20,000 bases of DNA from the IMG/VR virus record IMGVR_UViG_3300014059_000009; one strand, 5' to 3'. The position numbers and the translations under genes were made by a program. Shown here piece after piece: positions 17,481 to 20,000 of the stretch. Each line of letters opens with the position of its first letter. Position 1 is the stretch's first letter. The notes under the pieces are model-generated. The model had not been told where the DNA came from. It made no database searches and worked only from the letters and a program-made list of their open reading frames with translations. Source of the stretch: an uncultured virus (IMG/VR IMGVR_UViG_3300014059_000009). Taxonomy: Duplodnaviria; Heunggongvirae; Uroviricota; Caudoviricetes.

Positions 17481-18668
17481 ATGCTGAACCTTACCTCGAC
17501 TTCGGACGTTGTGCGTGTCGTCACTTCGGCGGCATCGCAGATCGAGGTCCATGCGTCCTATGTGGATTGGAACGGAACCGCAGTCACGCCGGGCCGGACG
17601 AACACGGCTGCGATCACGACCGCTACGACTACAACCGTCGTCCCCTCACCGGGCGCGAGCGTCCAGCGGAACCTGAAGCACCTGAACATCACGAATGACC
17701 ATGCGTCGGCCTCCTGCACGGTCACGGTGGAGCATTTCGATGGCACCACGGCGTCCGAACTGATCGAGGTCATCCTTCTGCCCGGCGAAAACATGGTGTT
17801 CGGAGAGGACGGGCGATGGACGCACTACGATGCCAACGGCGCGACCTACCCACCTGCGGGCAAGGGGGCATATAACGGGTTTACGGTCCCGTTCATGAAG
17901 AGCAGCACGGCGGCGGACACGGTCGGGTTCTGGTATTGCACCAGCAAAGACGCCGGGTATCCCGGTGCGTGGGCGCCCGGAACTCCGGGCATCAACGGGC
18001 GTGTGACGGACGGGACGGCAGCGGGCGATGCGGGCTGCATCCCGATCAAGAACCCAGCGGTGGGCGCGAACTACCTCACCGAGTTGCTGATGGGGTCGTC
18101 CACGCTGCACTACAACATGTTCTTTGACTGCCTTTGGGTCAACTCCGGCCTTGTGGTTACGACCACCACGGCCCAAGCAATCGTCACGCCGACGCTCCCC
18201 GCTCGAGATGTGAACGGCACGACGAACGGCGAAGGCTGCATGATCGGCCTATTGTTTACCGCAGCCGCCACCAACGCGGCAGTGATCCAGAACAGCACGG
18301 TCAGCTACACGAACTCCGGCGGAACCGCAGGCCGTACCGCCACCCTGACCGCGCTCGCTGGAGGCCACATCCCAGCCACCCCGACAGTCGGGACAATCGT
18401 CTGGTTCAGCCTGCAGGCTGGCGATACTGGCGTTCGGTCCATCGAGAACATCACGCTCAACACATCACTCGTCACGGGTTCCGTCTCGCTTCTCATCGCC
18501 CGCGACGTAGCCAGCATCGGCCCGACAGTGGCCAACATTCCGGCGACGCGCACCCTGAGCGCCCCCGGTGTCCGCCTCTACAACAGCACATGTATGCTGC
18601 ACTGCATACTGGCCTCGGCGACGACGATCACGTTCTTCAACGGCGAGCTGACGGTGCAAGAGAAGTGA
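17481..18668 (+). CDS. Putative structural / receptor-binding protein (Thr-rich, beta)
   Basis: 395 aa ORF starting 1 nt after the previous stop; composition and position fit the tail block. Confidence 0.65.
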   Translation: MLNLTSTSDVVRVVTSAASQIEVHASYVDWNGTAVTPGRTNTAAITTATTTTVVPSPGASVQRNLKHLNITNDHASASCTVTVEHFDGTTASELIEVILLPGENMVFGEDGRWTHYDANGATYPPAGKGAYNGFTVPFMKSSTAADTVGFWYCTSKDAGYPGAWAPGTPGINGRVTDGTAAGDAGCIPIKNPAVGANYLTELLMGSSTLHYNMFFDCLWVNSGLVVTTTTAQAIVTPTLPARDVNGTTNGEGCMIGLLFTAAATNAAVIQNSTVSYTNSGGTAGRTATLTALAGGHIPATPTVGTIVWFSLQAGDTGVRSIENITLNTSLVTGSVSLLIARDVASIGPTVANIPATRTLSAPGVRLYNSTCMLHCILASATTITFFNGELTVQEK

Positions 18669-18970
18669 CCCTCACCCCATCCAGCCAACGCAACGACCCC
18701 CTGGCTTGGGCCGGAAACCAATGCGGGCACATGGCGATAGGCTTCGGCCTGTCGCTGGTGGTCGGCCCGGTGGTTGCCGCGCTGGCCTATTTCATCGCAT
18801 GGGAAGTGCTTTACCAGATGCGGCGTCTCGGGGGCGGCTGGCGGGACAGCGTGGCGGACTCGCTCTTCGTCACGGTGGGGGCGTTGCTGGCGGCGTATCC
18901 GGCGTTCCAGGTGCATATCTTCGCGGGGTTCGCGGTGATGCTGGTGATTGGCGCGGGGTATCGCAGATGA
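18665..18970 (+). CDS. Membrane protein (101 aa)
   Basis: GTG start overlapping the previous TGA (3' part of track ORF 18134..18970); 3-4 hydrophobic segments; polar motifs NQCGH, WE, DSVADS. Confidence 0.65.
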   Translation: MTLTPSSQRNDPLAWAGNQCGHMAIGFGLSLVVGPVVAALAYFIAWEVLYQMRRLGGGWRDSVADSLFVTVGALLAAYPAFQVHIFAGFAVMLVIGAGYRR

Positions 18971-19377
18971 ACAGCCGCGTTCTGCGCCGCGTCCTGAAGC
19001 TGGACTATCTTTCGCAGCCGTCGCTGGAAAACGACCAGTGGGCGCTGATCTTCGTCGGGTCGCTGTTCTGGTGGATGGCATCTTGGCGGCCAGAGGCTTT
19101 CGACGCGGGCATCTACGGGCACTTCGCGTTGCACTTCCAAGCCGAGGCTTGGGCAATGGCAATGATGGCCCCTGCGGCCCTTGTGCTGATCGGGCTGCAA
19201 AACCCGGTCAAGCGTTGGATGGTCGCGGTGGGGGCCGCGTTGCAGATCGTCCAGTTCGGGGCCTTGGGGTATTCGGCAATCTTCACGGGGGGCGAGCCGA
19301 TCATCGGGGTTTTCTGTTGGGTCTTCTTTGCCCGGCAGTATGTCCGGTTGATGTGGAGCGCGGTGAATGGATGCTGA
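18967..19377 (+). CDS. Membrane protein (136 aa, about 4 TM), lysis-cassette associated
   Basis: ATGA coupling at 18967 (3' part of track ORF 18706..19377); MNSRVLRR...; four hydrophobic stretches. Confidence 0.65.
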   Translation: MNSRVLRRVLKLDYLSQPSLENDQWALIFVGSLFWWMASWRPEAFDAGIYGHFALHFQAEAWAMAMMAPAALVLIGLQNPVKRWMVAVGAALQIVQFGALGYSAIFTGGEPIIGVFCWVFFARQYVRLMWSAVNGC

Positions 19378-19579
19378 ACTTTTTGGGCAACTCACCACGG
19401 CGCTAGGCGGGCCGGGGGCAGTCATTTTCCTATGGTGGTATATGAGCCGCCCCGCCGTTTCGGAAAAGAAGGAAGACCCGGCCAAGGCTGCGGCTGAAGA
19501 CATTCGGGCAATCAAGGAAATCCTGCACGAGCTTTATGCGGACGTGCAGGTTCTTTTGGATAGGACATCGAGGAAATGA
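19367..19579 (+). CDS. Holin-like small membrane protein
   Basis: 70 aa, one TM (ALGGPGAVIFLWWYM) plus a charged coiled-coil tail; directly before the endolysin. SD GGAG upstream. Confidence 0.55.
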   Translation: MDAELFGQLTTALGGPGAVIFLWWYMSRPAVSEKKEDPAKAAAEDIRAIKEILHELYADVQVLLDRTSRK

Positions 19580-20000
19580 CCATCATCGAAGCCCGCAAGG
19601 CGAGTCTGCTGTTCCGCGTGAAACAGTTCGGCGGCCCTCTGAACGAACCTGCCATCTTGGCGCAGTTTCTCGCCCAAGTCATGCACGAAAGCGGCGGCCT
19701 GCGGTATGTCCGGGAAATCTGGGGGCCGACCAAGGCGCAGAAGGGCTATGAGGGCCGGGCCGATCTGGGGAACGTGAAGCCCGGTGACGGCAAGCGGTTC
19801 ATGGGCCGTGACGTTATCCAGGTGACGGGTCGGGCGAATTACCGGGCGCTGTCCAAGTGGGCCGGTTTCGACTTCGAAGCGAAACCAGAGGCGCTGGAAA
19901 GCCCGGAATGGTTGGGCATCGGGGCGATCTGGTATTTCCTCACCCGCAAGGGGCTTCTCGACTACGCCCGCGCCGGGAATATCGAGATGGTGACGCGCCG
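19576..20000 (+). CDS. Endolysin, glycoside hydrolase family 19 (partial; runs off window)
   Basis: Hand translation MTIIEARKASLLFRVKQFGGPLNEPAILAQFLAQVMHESGGLRYVREIWGPTKAQKGYEGRADLGNVKPGDGKRFMGRDVIQVTGRANY...EMVTR. Shows the GH19 motifs FLAQxxHES, LGN..GDG and IQxTGRxNY. Confidence 0.92.
   Translation, partial: MTIIEARKASLLFRVKQFGGPLNEPAILAQFLAQVMHESGGLRYVREIWGPTKAQKGYEGRADLGNVKPGDGKRFMGRDVIQVTGRANYRALSKWAGFDFEAKPEALESPEWLGIGAIWYFLTRKGLLDYARAGNIEMVTR

Larger units (their letters stand above)
1..20000 (+). mobile_element. P22-like podovirus/prophage late operon (packaging, head, short tail, ejection proteins, RBPs, lysis); both ends extend beyond the window
   Basis: Co-directional, tightly packed genes with many ATGA/TGATG/GTGA overlaps, in P22 gene order (TerS-TerL-portal-scaffold-coat-gp4-gp10-gp26 position-gp14-gp7-gp20-gp16-RBP). 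No tape-measure, sheath or tube genes recognised. Confidence 0.95.

Noticed and set aside
18134..18664. Long 5' extensions of track ORFs 18134..18970 and 18706..19377
   Set aside because: They overlap real genes out of frame; coupled starts at 18665 (GTGA) and 18967 (ATGA) give coherent membrane proteins.
14763..18668. Diversity-generating retroelement targeting the tail fibres
   Set aside because: No reverse transcriptase and no TR/VR repeat pair detected by eye in the window; elements outside the window cannot be excluded.

Overview
The whole window is the late (virion morphogenesis plus start of lysis) operon of a GC-rich, P22-like podovirus or prophage. The host is probably an Alphaproteobacterium; this is inferred from GC-rich codon usage and protein styles, not proven. 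Gene order on the + strand is: small hypothetical genes, P22 gp3-like small terminase, large terminase, P22-type portal, scaffold, P22-type coat, an inserted HNH-AP2 endonuclease, gp4-like adaptor, gp10-like hub, needle/fibre-like gene, a hypothetical, GNAT/gp14-like, ejection proteins (gp7-like, a stand-alone M15-like peptidase, gp20-position, gp16-like), a multi-gene tail fibre/RBP block containing a small HExxH protein, three membrane proteins and a GH19 endolysin running off the end. Four signals stand out. (1) The last 21 codons of the coat gene are abruptly recoded and contain a sigma70-like promoter feeding a hairpin leader and the HNH-AP2 gene, which looks like a free-standing homing cassette. 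(2) An antisense, apparently leaderless two-TM microprotein gene lies between the two large ejection genes and is a superinfection-exclusion/moron candidate. (3) A separate LAS/M15-like peptidase sits inside the ejection module. (4) A possibly exported mini-zincin sits inside the tail-fibre block. All family assignments come from motif recognition and synteny by eye; no searches were run.
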